In this document: piece by piece, positions 44,919 to 53,513 of the stretch
Layout: every line of letters begins with the position of its first letter
How positions within the stretch are numbered: the stretch's first letter is position 1
DNA from: Burkholderiaceae bacterium
GTDB taxonomy: Bacteria > Pseudomonadota > Gammaproteobacteria > Burkholderiales > Burkholderiaceae_E
DNA: 64,000 nt
NCBI GenBank assembly: GCA_041396585.1
Contig: JAWKYG010000007.1
Location: forward strand, 39,318-103,317
Direction of reading: 5' to 3'
Program-made: the position numbers and the translations under genes
Notes under the pieces: model-generated
The model's database searches: none
Told to the model about the DNA's origin: nothing
Seen by the model: only the letters and a program-made list of their open reading frames with translations

Positions 44919-47248
44919 GGCGCGGGCCCGCGGCCGGTTTCGGGCCGGCCCGTCATGGAGGCCGGCTGCCGCGGCGATGGCTCGTGCGTCTGGCGCCGCG
45001 GGGCGGGCCTGCGTGTCGCCCGATGGGCCGATGCCGGCGGCCGATCGGCAGCGGCGATGCCAACCAGCACCACTCCCAGGACGTTCGAACCGATCGTCGC
45101 CAGGCTCTGCAGCGCCGCGGCGACAAGCTTGGTCGGTGTGCGATGCGCGCGAGCCACCAGCACGGTTTGCTCACATGAGCCGCTGATGATCAGCGCGTCC
45201 GCCTGGGTATCTGTCGGTGCGCCATTGATGAGCACGAGATCGAAATGGCGGGCCATGGTGCGTACCAGCCGACGCAGCGCCACCAGGGTCAGGCCCCCGT
45301 GCCTGCCATCGGGACTGCCGTTTGTCATGACATAGAGCGATCGGAACCGGCTGCGGCGGATCGCATCGCGAGCCTTGACCCGGCCGTCCAACATGTCTTT
45401 CATGCCGGGTTGGTCGCGGTCGACGCCGAGATGGTCGGCCACGGCAGGTGAGCGAGGGTCTGCATCGATCACGAGCACGCGATGAGAGCGAGCCAGTGCG
45501 ATCGCGAGATTGGAGATTACCGCCTCCTTGCCCTCGTTGGCCCGGCTCGAGGTGATCGCGAAGGTTTTGATGCCCCGATCCAGTCGCCCGAACTCGAGTG
45601 CGGCGGCCAGCGTGCGGATCCCCTCGCTGAAAGGGTGGGCGGGTTGCTTGAGAACCATGCGACCACGTTTTGCGCCGAACTCCAGCGGCGGTGCCGGCAG
45701 CGCGGCGAGAGCGGCGACGCCGAGTTCGGTGCCGACATCGGAAACCTGATCGATGGTGCCGTGCACATGATGCCGCGCGTAGACGACCAGGCAGCCTGTG
45801 CCCAGGCCGATCAGGCCGAAGAAGGCCACGATGAACATCGGCGACGGCCCGTTGGGCGCATTCGGCGTCACTGCGACATCGATGACATCGGCAGAGGGCG
45901 CACGCACATCGTCGGCCGCCTGGACCTCCTTGATGCGCGCCAGGAATGTCCGATACAGCGCGCGATTGGTCTCGACATCCTGCACCAGGGTGGTCAGCTC
46001 GGCGCTGTGCCGATCGGCGATTTCAAGTTTTCGTACCGCTTCAGCATGTGCGGCGCGCAACGAGGTTTCGGCCGCCTGCGCCGTCTCAAAGTTTCGTTCG
46101 AGCAGTGCCATCTGCTCGTTCACCTGGCGTTCATAGGCCTGCCTGGCCGATGCCTGCGCCAGAAAAGCGGCCTGATACTGTGGGTGCGCCGAGCCATATT
46201 GCGAGCTGATCAGACGATAGCTCCGGCTAGCCTCATCCAGTGCCTGCCGTGCCCGTACCACCGAGTCGCCCAGGGGCACGCCCAGCACCCGGTCCGTTCC
46301 ATTGCCGGAGCCTGCCTGGCTGCGCTGCTGCGCGGCTTCCGCGGTTCGCACCGACGCGCCAAGCACCTGGCGGGCAAGCTCTTCGGCATTGGCCAGCAAC
46401 TGGCGGCGATCGACCGTGTCCATCGGTGTCAGGCCATGGCGCTCACGAAATTCGTCCAGGCGACGCTCGGATTCGCGTACGCGCCCGCTGAGCGCTTTGA
46501 TCTGACTGCTCAGCCCGCTGGTGGCGCTGTGGCTGCTGGCCGAGCGCAGTTCGAGCTCCGCGCGTACGTAGGTAAGCGCGGTGGCATTGGCCACCCGCGC
46601 CGCCAGGGCGGGGTCGGTCGATCGGAAGCGGATCCGTATCACCCGGCTGTTGCGCACCGGTTCGGCGGAGATGTCGTCGAGATAGGTTGCCAGTGCCCGC
46701 TCCTCGGCGGGATCGGTTGCGGCGCCAACGTCTGCGAGCGAGGGATTGATCTGCTTGCGCGCGAGAACGCTGCGCAGCGCGCCCCGTACGGTGCGCAATA
46801 CCGACCCGATCGGATCGAAGCCGCGATTCGCGTTGCCTTGTGCGTCCGGGACGAACAGAGGGTGTTTGCTCAGATTCAGCTCGCGTACGACCCGCAGGCC
46901 GACCTCGCGCGAGCGGATGAACTGGATCTCGGTGGCAAAGCCTTCATCATCCTCGGAGCGGCGCAGCCCGTCACCGGGCTCGTCGATCGCAACCACCCGC
47001 GACTTGTCGGTGCGAATCAGCAGACTCGTCTCGGCGTCATACACCGGCGTGCGCAAGATCGCGACCAGCACGCCAAGGAGCAGTGACGCCAACACGAAGA
47101 TCGCGATGCGACCCCAGTTTCGTCTCAGCGTCTGCGCGAGCTTTGACGCCGCTGCGACCAGCTGATCGAATGCGCGGCCTCGATCCGAGTCCCCACGCGG
47201 GTAGCGGTGCCGGGCATCCCCTGACATCATCGTTTGTTCGACGCTCAT
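44915..47248 (-). CDS. polysaccharide co-polymerase (Wzz domain) fused to a BY-kinase-like P-loop domain (Wzc/EpsF-EpsG-like)
   Basis: 777-aa ORF. It has an N-terminal TM segment plus Wzz-like region, long coiled coils and a second TM segment. These are followed by ITSSRANEGKEAVISNLAIALA (Walker A-like), VLVIDADPRSP (Walker A') and FDLVLINGAP (Walker B). Confidence 0.85.
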   Translation of the reverse strand: MSVEQTMMSGDARHRYPRGDSDRGRAFDQLVAAASKLAQTLRRNWGRIAIFVLASLLLGVLVAILRTPVYDAETSLLIRTDKSRVVAIDEPGDGLRRSEDDEGFATEIQFIRSREVGLRVVRELNLSKHPLFVPDAQGNANRGFDPIGSVLRTVRGALRSVLARKQINPSLADVGAATDPAEERALATYLDDISAEPVRNSRVIRIRFRSTDPALAARVANATALTYVRAELELRSASSHSATSGLSSQIKALSGRVRESERRLDEFRERHGLTPMDTVDRRQLLANAEELARQVLGASVRTAEAAQQRSQAGSGNGTDRVLGVPLGDSVVRARQALDEASRSYRLISSQYGSAHPQYQAAFLAQASARQAYERQVNEQMALLERNFETAQAAETSLRAAHAEAVRKLEIADRHSAELTTLVQDVETNRALYRTFLARIKEVQAADDVRAPSADVIDVAVTPNAPNGPSPMFIVAFFGLIGLGTGCLVVYARHHVHGTIDQVSDVGTELGVAALAALPAPPLEFGAKRGRMVLKQPAHPFSEGIRTLAAALEFGRLDRGIKTFAITSSRANEGKEAVISNLAIALARSHRVLVIDADPRSPAVADHLGVDRDQPGMKDMLDGRVKARDAIRRSRFRSLYVMTNGSPDGRHGGLTLVALRRLVRTMARHFDLVLINGAPTDTQADALIISGSCEQTVLVARAHRTPTKLVAAALQSLATIGSNVLGVVLVGIAAADRPPASAHRATRRPAPRRQTHEPSPRQPASMTGRPETGRGPAP

Positions 47249-47362
47249 CGTCTGAAATTAAGGCAGATCGCCGTACCCGGTCGTGCGGAAGTTCACCGGT
47301 TCAGGCAATCGTCGAGGGTGCTTGGGATTGACGAGGGCGAAAGGCGCTCCGATTAGGGCCTG

Positions 47363-48739
47363 TTAACACTCATCCGATACCCGTCGTGGCGGCGAGAAAT
47401 CGGGCTCCGGGTCGCGATAGGGGCGCTCGAAGCAGCCGCGCTGGCGGATCACCCGAATCTCGGCACCGTCTACCAACACCTCCGCGGGCGTCGGGTGGCT
47501 GAGGAATCCGTTCGGGCTCGCGCTGAGCGCATAGGCGCCCGATTGCATCACGCAGACGATATCGTTCACCTGCGTCGGCGGGAGCAGCGTGCGGCGGCTC
47601 AGGACATCCAGTGGGGTGCAAAGCGGCCCGCACACGGTTGCGGCCATGCTTGGGGGAGGGGTCAGCCGGTTGGCGAGCAGCACGGGAAAGTCTTTCTTGA
47701 TGACCTGGCCGAGATTGCCGCTGGCCGCCAGATGATGATGCATGCCGCCGTCCGTGATCACGAAGGTCTCGTCTCTCGATCGCTTGATCGCATTGACCCG
47801 GCTCAGGTACAGACCGGCCGGTCCGGCCAGAAACCGCCCCGGCTCCACGATCAGGCGCGCTTCGCGCAGCAAGCGGCTCGCCTGCTTGCGCGCCAGCAGT
47901 TGCGGCACGCCCTCACGCAGACGCTCGAGATCCAGGGCCCGCTCGGACTTGAAGTACGGAATGCCCAGGCCGCCGCCGAGGTCGATCGTGGTCAGCGGGC
48001 GACCGATCTGCGCGGCCAGCCGCTCGGCGACCGCGAGGCCATGCGCCCACTGTCCGAGCAAGACATCGGCATCCAGAATCTGCGTGCCGGCGAACATGTG
48101 CACCCCCACCAGATCGAGGCCGGCGGCGGCTTCGATCCGGGCGGCGACTGCCGCGAGGTCTTCCTCATCGAAGCCAAAGGGCGCCGGGCGTCCGCCCATA
48201 CGCATCGACCCGCCGAGCGCGTGGGCCGTTGGATTCACCCGGATGGCCACTTGCACCCGGCAGCCGAGCCGCCGTGTCAGTTCCGTCAGCCGGGAGATCT
48301 CATGCTCACTCTCGAGGTGGATCTCTCCGATGCCGTGGCTCAGGACATGAGCGAGTTCGGACTCGGACTTTGCCGGTCCGGCGAAGACAATGCGTTTTGC
48401 GGCAATGCCCGCGCGTTGCGCAAGCACATACTCGGCTGCCGAGGCGACTTCCGCACCGGCCCCCTGATCCGCGAACAGTCGGATCACCGCCGGATTGGGG
48501 TTGGCCTTGACCGAGTAGTGCACATCGACCTGGTCATGGGTGGCCCGGCGAAGCTGGTGTAGCGCGCTGCGCATGGCCTGCGCGCGATAGACGAACAAGG
48601 GGCTGCCGAAGCGCTCCAGCAGCGTCTCGACGCGATGCCCGTCCACACAAAGCTGGTCTTGCGTTCGCCCGAAATGCTCGGCCAGCAGCTGCTCCGCCAG
48701 GGAGGTGGCTGTGGGATCGGGGAGTGCCCGGTCGTTCAT
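47363..48739 (-). CDS. PLP-dependent decarboxylase, Orn/DAP/Arg decarboxylase fold (exosortase-A-locus type)
   Basis: 458-aa ORF reading VHYSVKANPNPAVIRLF (PLP lysine), GGGLGIPY and CGPLCTPLDVL. The start overlaps the stop of the upstream ligase gene. Confidence 0.85.
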   Translation of the reverse strand: MNDRALPDPTATSLAEQLLAEHFGRTQDQLCVDGHRVETLLERFGSPLFVYRAQAMRSALHQLRRATHDQVDVHYSVKANPNPAVIRLFADQGAGAEVASAAEYVLAQRAGIAAKRIVFAGPAKSESELAHVLSHGIGEIHLESEHEISRLTELTRRLGCRVQVAIRVNPTAHALGGSMRMGGRPAPFGFDEEDLAAVAARIEAAAGLDLVGVHMFAGTQILDADVLLGQWAHGLAVAERLAAQIGRPLTTIDLGGGLGIPYFKSERALDLERLREGVPQLLARKQASRLLREARLIVEPGRFLAGPAGLYLSRVNAIKRSRDETFVITDGGMHHHLAASGNLGQVIKKDFPVLLANRLTPPPSMAATVCGPLCTPLDVLSRRTLLPPTQVNDIVCVMQSGAYALSASPNGFLSHPTPAEVLVDGAEIRVIRQRGCFERPYRDPEPDFSPPRRVSDEC

Positions 48740-50349
48740 GGCCCGGCCCGCTCGGCTCGCAGGGCCTTGTAGTCCACCTTGCCGTTGGCACTGAGCGGCA
48801 GGCGCTCCAGCAGCTCGATGCCGCGCGGCATCATGTAGCTGGGCAACACGCCAGCGCAGTGGCGCAGCACGGCATCGGTCAGCTCGGCAGCCGGGCGCTG
48901 CTCGCCCGATTGGCGAACCGCGATCGCATGAACCGACTGGCCGATGATCGGATCGGGCCGGCCGATCACCACCACCTGGGCGAATGCGCCGGTGGCCATC
49001 AGCGCATCCTCGACCTCGGTCGGGCTGATGCGATAGCCGGCCGACTTGATCATGCCATCGTCGCGACCGACGAAGTACAGGAAGCCCTGCGCGTCCATCC
49101 GTACCAGATCGCCCGAGTAGCAGACCATATCCGCCCCGCTGTCGGGCGGGCGCAGCGGGTTGGGTCTGATCACCCGCGCGGTATCCTCGGGACGCTGCCA
49201 GTAGCCGCGCGAGACCGTCGGGCCGCGATGCACGAGCAGGCCAACCTCACCGGGCGCGGCGCGCGTGCCGTCGGCACGCAGCACGAAGACCTCGCACTCG
49301 GGAATCGCCTTACCGATCGAATCGGGCCGGCGGTCGACTTCGTCAGGGTCGAGGAAGGTTGAGCGAAACGCCTCGGTAAGCCCGTACATGAGATAGATAC
49401 GGGTGTCGGGCAGGAGTTGTCTGAGCTTTCGCACCACCGTGCGCGGAACGGCGCCACCAGAGTTCGTGATGTAGCGCAGCGTGCTCAACGGGGTTTCGCG
49501 CAGCGACGTCGCGGCGGACGTGAGGATGGACCACACGGTCGGCACTCCGGCCAGGCCGGTGATCTCGAATCTGTGCAGCGCCCGTACCAGCTCGTTGCCG
49601 AAGCGAAATCCGAAGGGCACGAGCTCGGCCCCTTGCGCAACCACGGTGAGCAGTTGGTTCAGACCGTAGTCAAAGCTCAGCGGCAGTACGCCCAGGATCC
49701 GGTCGGCCTGCGTGATGCCAAGATAGGCCGTGACAATCCTGGTGCCGGCCAGGAGATTCGCATGGGTGAGCATCACGCCTTTGGGCGTGCCGGTCGAGCC
49801 CGAGGTATACAGGATCGCCGCCAGATCTTCGCCAAGCGTGGCAGGCGGGTCGGCCGGCCTTTCAACCGTGCTGCGCGGACTCACATCGGATAGGGTCTCG
49901 ACGAGCAGCACCGCAGGAGAATCGGCCAGGGACGACAGCTCATCCTGCAGGTGCGCGAGCGAGTCCCTGTCCGTGATCAGCGCCCGCGCGCCACTGTCGC
50001 GCAGGATATGCCCGACCTGGGCCGCCTTCAGGCTCGGGTGAATCGGCACGAACACGGCATCGGCCATACCGATCCCGAACACACACCAGCACTCGGCCAT
50101 GCCCTTGGGCAGATAGATCGCTACCCGATCCTGATAGCGAACACCAGCGTGGATCAGCGCCGAGGCGCAGCGCGTGGCCGCTTCGTGCATCTGCCGGTAG
50201 CTGATCGAGCCGTCGGCGGTGCGCAGGGCGATTGCATCCGAGCGTCGGCGCGCCGCCAGTAGATCACGTACCAACACGGGCGCATGCGGCGCAGGAATGC
50301 CTTGATCGGCGCGGACAACGGACGGGTCGGCATTAGCCATCGATGGCAC
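48736..50349 (-). CDS. AMP-forming acyl-CoA/acyl-ACP ligase (exosortase-A-locus type)
   Basis: 537-aa ORF reading ILYTSGSTGTPKGVMLTHANL (AMP-binding motif), YGLTE and GDLVRMDAQGFLYFVGRDDGMIKSAGYRISPTEVE. Confidence 0.85.
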   Translation of the reverse strand: MPSMANADPSVVRADQGIPAPHAPVLVRDLLAARRRSDAIALRTADGSISYRQMHEAATRCASALIHAGVRYQDRVAIYLPKGMAECWCVFGIGMADAVFVPIHPSLKAAQVGHILRDSGARALITDRDSLAHLQDELSSLADSPAVLLVETLSDVSPRSTVERPADPPATLGEDLAAILYTSGSTGTPKGVMLTHANLLAGTRIVTAYLGITQADRILGVLPLSFDYGLNQLLTVVAQGAELVPFGFRFGNELVRALHRFEITGLAGVPTVWSILTSAATSLRETPLSTLRYITNSGGAVPRTVVRKLRQLLPDTRIYLMYGLTEAFRSTFLDPDEVDRRPDSIGKAIPECEVFVLRADGTRAAPGEVGLLVHRGPTVSRGYWQRPEDTARVIRPNPLRPPDSGADMVCYSGDLVRMDAQGFLYFVGRDDGMIKSAGYRISPTEVEDALMATGAFAQVVVIGRPDPIIGQSVHAIAVRQSGEQRPAAELTDAVLRHCAGVLPSYMMPRGIELLERLPLSANGKVDYKALRAERAGP

Positions 50350-50607
50350 TCAGCGAATCGGCGCCAGCTTGCGAACCACCAGCGCCGCGATGCTCGACGT
50401 GGTCTCGAAGTGCTCGGGCAGGAAATCGTCGTCCGAGATCTCGGTGCCGAAGCGCTCGGAGATGAAGGTCACGATCTCCAGCAGGCCGAGAGAGTCGATC
50501 AGACCGCCATCCAGCAGCGATACCGGAGCAGCCCCGCCGGAGTCGGCGATCGGAAAGCGTCGCGCGATGAACGCGTGGATGTCGGATTCGATCTGGGCTG
50601 GACTCAT
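50350..50607 (-). CDS. acyl carrier protein
   Basis: Internal Met of ORF 50350..50733 begins MSPAQIESDIHAFIARRF...LDGGLIDSLGLLEIVTFISERFG, which carries the DSL phosphopantetheine site. The stop abuts the ligase ATG. Confidence 0.75.
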   Translation of the reverse strand: MSPAQIESDIHAFIARRFPIADSGGAAPVSLLDGGLIDSLGLLEIVTFISERFGTEISDDDFLPEHFETTSSIAALVVRKLAPIR

Positions 50608-50870
50608 CGGCCTTTCGTTTGCGAGGTGAGGCGCGCAAGATGACTCACCGCCCAAGACATTGGCGGGTCTGCAGCGCGCGCGAATTCGCACAGGTTCGCA
50701 TGCGCACCGGCAATGATCTGTGAGGGATGTCACGACCCGCCGGGGATCGGCGGTCGGCCTGCGATGCGCAGAGCGCCCGGCATTCCCGGCCAGGCAGCCT
50801 CATCTGCCAATGGCACGCAGCTTCCGGGCGCCGGGCTACGGCGCTGGCGATCGTCAGATCGTGCGGGCGA

Positions 50871-51655
50871 TCAGAGCATCGTCGAAGCCCGGATCAGCGT
50901 GCCGCCGTCGAGCGGGATCACGCAGCCGGTCATGTGGGCGCCGGAACGTGCGCTCAGGCAGATCGCCAGCCCGGCGATGTCCTCGGGGGTACCGATCCGG
51001 CCCATCGGGATATTGGCCTCGAGCCGCCTGCGGTTGTCTTCGTTCTCGGTGACGAAGGCCATCATCTTGCTGGGGAATGCGCCCGGCGCGATGCAATTGA
51101 CGGTGATGCGATCACGGGCGAACTGGCTGGCCCAGTTGCGCGTCATCTGATGGATGGCGGCCTTGCTCGGGCCATAGGAAAAGGCGACTCCGCCGGTGGA
51201 AAGGGCACCGATGGAGCCGATGTTGATGATCCGGGCCGGGTCTTCATCCGAGGCGGCCTGCTTGAGCAATGGCAGCAGCTCGCGGGTGACGAAGAACGGG
51301 CCCTTGACATTGATATCCAGCACCCGGTCCCAGCCGGCGGTGGAAAACTCCCCGATGGGCGCACCCCAGGTGGCGCCGGCGTTGTTGACCAGGATGTCCA
51401 GCCGGTCTTCGCGTGCCTTGATCGCATCGGCGAGCGCAACCGCCCCTTGCTCGGAGGACAGATCCATGGGGATGGAGATGCACTCACCGAACGCGGAGAG
51501 CCTCTGTGCGGCGGCATCGCAGGCCTCGGCCTTGCGCGACGAGATATACACGCGCGCACCGTTCTCGACGAAACCCTGCGCGATCATGTAGCCGATGCCG
51601 CGCGAGCCACCGGTGACCAGCGCGACCTTGCCGCGGATATTGAACAGATCTTCAT
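50871..51655 (-). pseudogene. SDR-family oxidoreductase (3-oxoacyl-ACP-reductase-like), 1-nt deletion two codons after the ATG
   Basis: ORF 50871..51587 begins mid-domain. Upstream in the same frame is YEDLFNIRGKVALVTGGSRGIGY (TGxxxGxG). An ATG at 51655 with RBS AGGAGAG is one base out of frame; atgaagatctg would read MKDLFN if the A-run had one more A. The catalytic motif is YGPSKAAIHQ. Confidence 0.8.
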
Positions 51656-51682
51656 AGGCTCTCTCCTGTTGCGAACCGGCGC

Positions 51683-52066
51683 TCAGCGCGACTCGCTGCC
51701 GTCGAAATCCAGCTCCACGCGGGCCCCGTTGGGATCGTGGAAGAACAGCTGCCAGGTGCCGCCGCCCGGTAGCTGGCGCAGATCGTAGGCCACGCCGTCG
51801 GCCTCCAGCCGATCCAGCGCGGCGCGCAGCCCCTGCCCGGTGAAGGCCATGTGATCGATGACGCCGGGCACCAGCCGTTCGGCAGCGGTCCCGGCCACCA
51901 CATGCAGGATGGCCTCGCTACCGCCCCTGGCATAGAGCCAGGCACCCGGGAAGGAGAACGGTGGGCGTGATCCGGGTGCGAGCTCCAGGTGCCGCGCATA
52001 GAACGCGAGCGTGGCGTCGAGATCGTTCGTGAGGATGGTGAAGTGATTCATGCCGACGGCACTCAT
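51683..52066 (-). CDS. VOC-family (glyoxalase/bleomycin-resistance/dioxygenase) protein
   Basis: Internal Met of ORF 51683..52369 begins MSAVGMNHFTILTNDLDATLAFYARHLEL...IDHMAF...WQLFFHDPNGARVEL. Confidence 0.8.
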   Translation of the reverse strand: MSAVGMNHFTILTNDLDATLAFYARHLELAPGSRPPFSFPGAWLYARGGSEAILHVVAGTAAERLVPGVIDHMAFTGQGLRAALDRLEADGVAYDLRQLPGGGTWQLFFHDPNGARVELDFDGSESR

Positions 52067-52221
52067 CGCGAGGTCTCCTTGCTTTGTGCGTCGGGCAGGT
52101 GGGGGCCTGCCCGGAATTCTGGTGGCAATGCCCCCTCGGTCGAACAGCATATAGCAGTTCGCCAGCGCTTCGGTCGGGTGCCGGGCCGAAGCAGCCGGGC
52201 GGCCCGGCCGTGCGACAGGGC

Positions 52222-52622
52222 TCAGTCGAGAACCGCGATCGCCTCGATCTCGATCAGCCACTCCGGAAGGGCCAGGGCGGTGACGCCCACCAGCGTGCTG
52301 GCCGGCGGGGGCGGTCGGCAAAGAAGGGCGCGCGGGCACGGCCGATGATCGCGCGCTGCTCCGGTTCATAGTTCACCACATAGGTGGTGATCTTCACGAC
52401 GTCGGCGAAGCTGGCGCCGGCCGCGGCCAGCGCCAGTCCGACATTGCGCATCGCCTGCTCGGTCTGGGCGGCGAGATCGGCTGCGCCGACCAGCGCGCCT
52501 TGTTCGTCGATCGCCACCTGGCCGGCGGTGTAGATGGTTCGGGCTCCGGTGGTGGAGACCACCTGGGAGTAGCCTGCGTTGTGCAACAGGCCCGCGGGGC
52601 GGGGGTATTCGGGTTTGCTCAT
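52222..52622 (-). pseudogene. ridA: RidA/YjgF-family reactive-intermediate deaminase, frameshift in a G/C-run near 52315
   Basis: Internal Met of ORF 52254..52742 begins MSKPEYPRPAGLLHNAGYSQVVSTTGARTIYTAGQVAID...VKITTYV. The tail PPASTLVGVTALALPEWLIEIEAIAVLD is in another frame, with its stop at 52222. Confidence 0.8.
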
Positions 52623-52806
52623 GATCCAGGTCTCGACTTCTGAAGTGCGGGGCCACAGTGTCGGCCGGGCGCCCGATCGGATCAAGCCTTGCCAATGGCG
52701 ATTGCCGCCGGCCGGGCGTTCAGGCCAGGGGGCTGGCATCATGATGGCGGCGAGGGCCTCATGAGCATGCCGGCGCGCATGCCGACGAGGGGCAGACGGA
52801 GATCAA

Positions 52807-53487
52807 GTGAATCGGCACACAACGAACCCGGGGACGCCTGGTGCGATCACCTGGGCGCACTGGTGGCCGTCGATCCGCGACGGGCTCGGCGTGGTGGCCC
52901 TGTTCGCGCTTGCGATCTGGCTGACCCGGCACTACGAGAGTGCGGTGCACGACATCCTGGCCGGGCACGCGCTGGCGGGCATCGCGTTGTTCTTCCTGAC
53001 CTCCGTGATCGCCGTGCTCGCGCCCATGGCCAGCAATCTCGCCCTGGTGCCGGCCTTCGTGCTGGTCTGGGGGCCGTGGTGGACGGCGCTGGTGCTGTTG
53101 GCCGGCTGGATCGTCGGTGCCGCGCTTTCTTTCAGCCTGGGCCGGCGCGCGCGCGCGTTGATCCTGCGACATTTCCCGTCGGCGCGCCGCCATGCGGGAA
53201 TCGACAGGCTGATTCATCCGCGCCACCGGATGGCATCGTTGATCCTGCTGCGCATGACCTTCCCGGTGGATGTGCTCTCCTATGCACTGGGTTTGTTCAG
53301 CGCCCGCACCACGGTGCTCGAGAATGCCCTGTCCACGGCCGTGGGGGCTGCGCCATTCGCATTGCTGTTCTCGATTCTGCCGGCGCTCTCTGGCACCACG
53401 CAGTTGGTGGTGTTCGTCGTGTCCGCGCTGCTGTTCGTCGCCTATGCGTTCTGGATCATGAATCGGCGAGTCGATTACGATCCCTGA
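52807..53487 (+). CDS. TVP38/TMEM64 (DedA-related) family membrane protein
   Basis: 226-aa ORF with five or six TM segments. It reads ...VPAFVLVWGPWWTALVLLAGWIVGAALSFSLGRRA...RMTFPVDVLSYALG. Confidence 0.65.
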   Translation: MNRHTTNPGTPGAITWAHWWPSIRDGLGVVALFALAIWLTRHYESAVHDILAGHALAGIALFFLTSVIAVLAPMASNLALVPAFVLVWGPWWTALVLLAGWIVGAALSFSLGRRARALILRHFPSARRHAGIDRLIHPRHRMASLILLRMTFPVDVLSYALGLFSARTTVLENALSTAVGAAPFALLFSILPALSGTTQLVVFVVSALLFVAYAFWIMNRRVDYDP

Positions 53488-53513
53488 ATATGCCCGTTGG
53501 CGGAGACGACCTC

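Noticed and set aside
45482-47086. 534-aa ORF on the plus strand
   Set aside because: It is antisense to the Wzc-like gene and has no motifs. Likewise rejected as antisense artefacts: 38715..40043 and 37630..38649 (opposite asnB), 53475..54794 (opposite M81), 56905..58245 (opposite D-aminoacylase), 62248..63597 (opposite dppA), 39820..40812 (opposite GT4), and 47495..48562 (opposite the decarboxylase).
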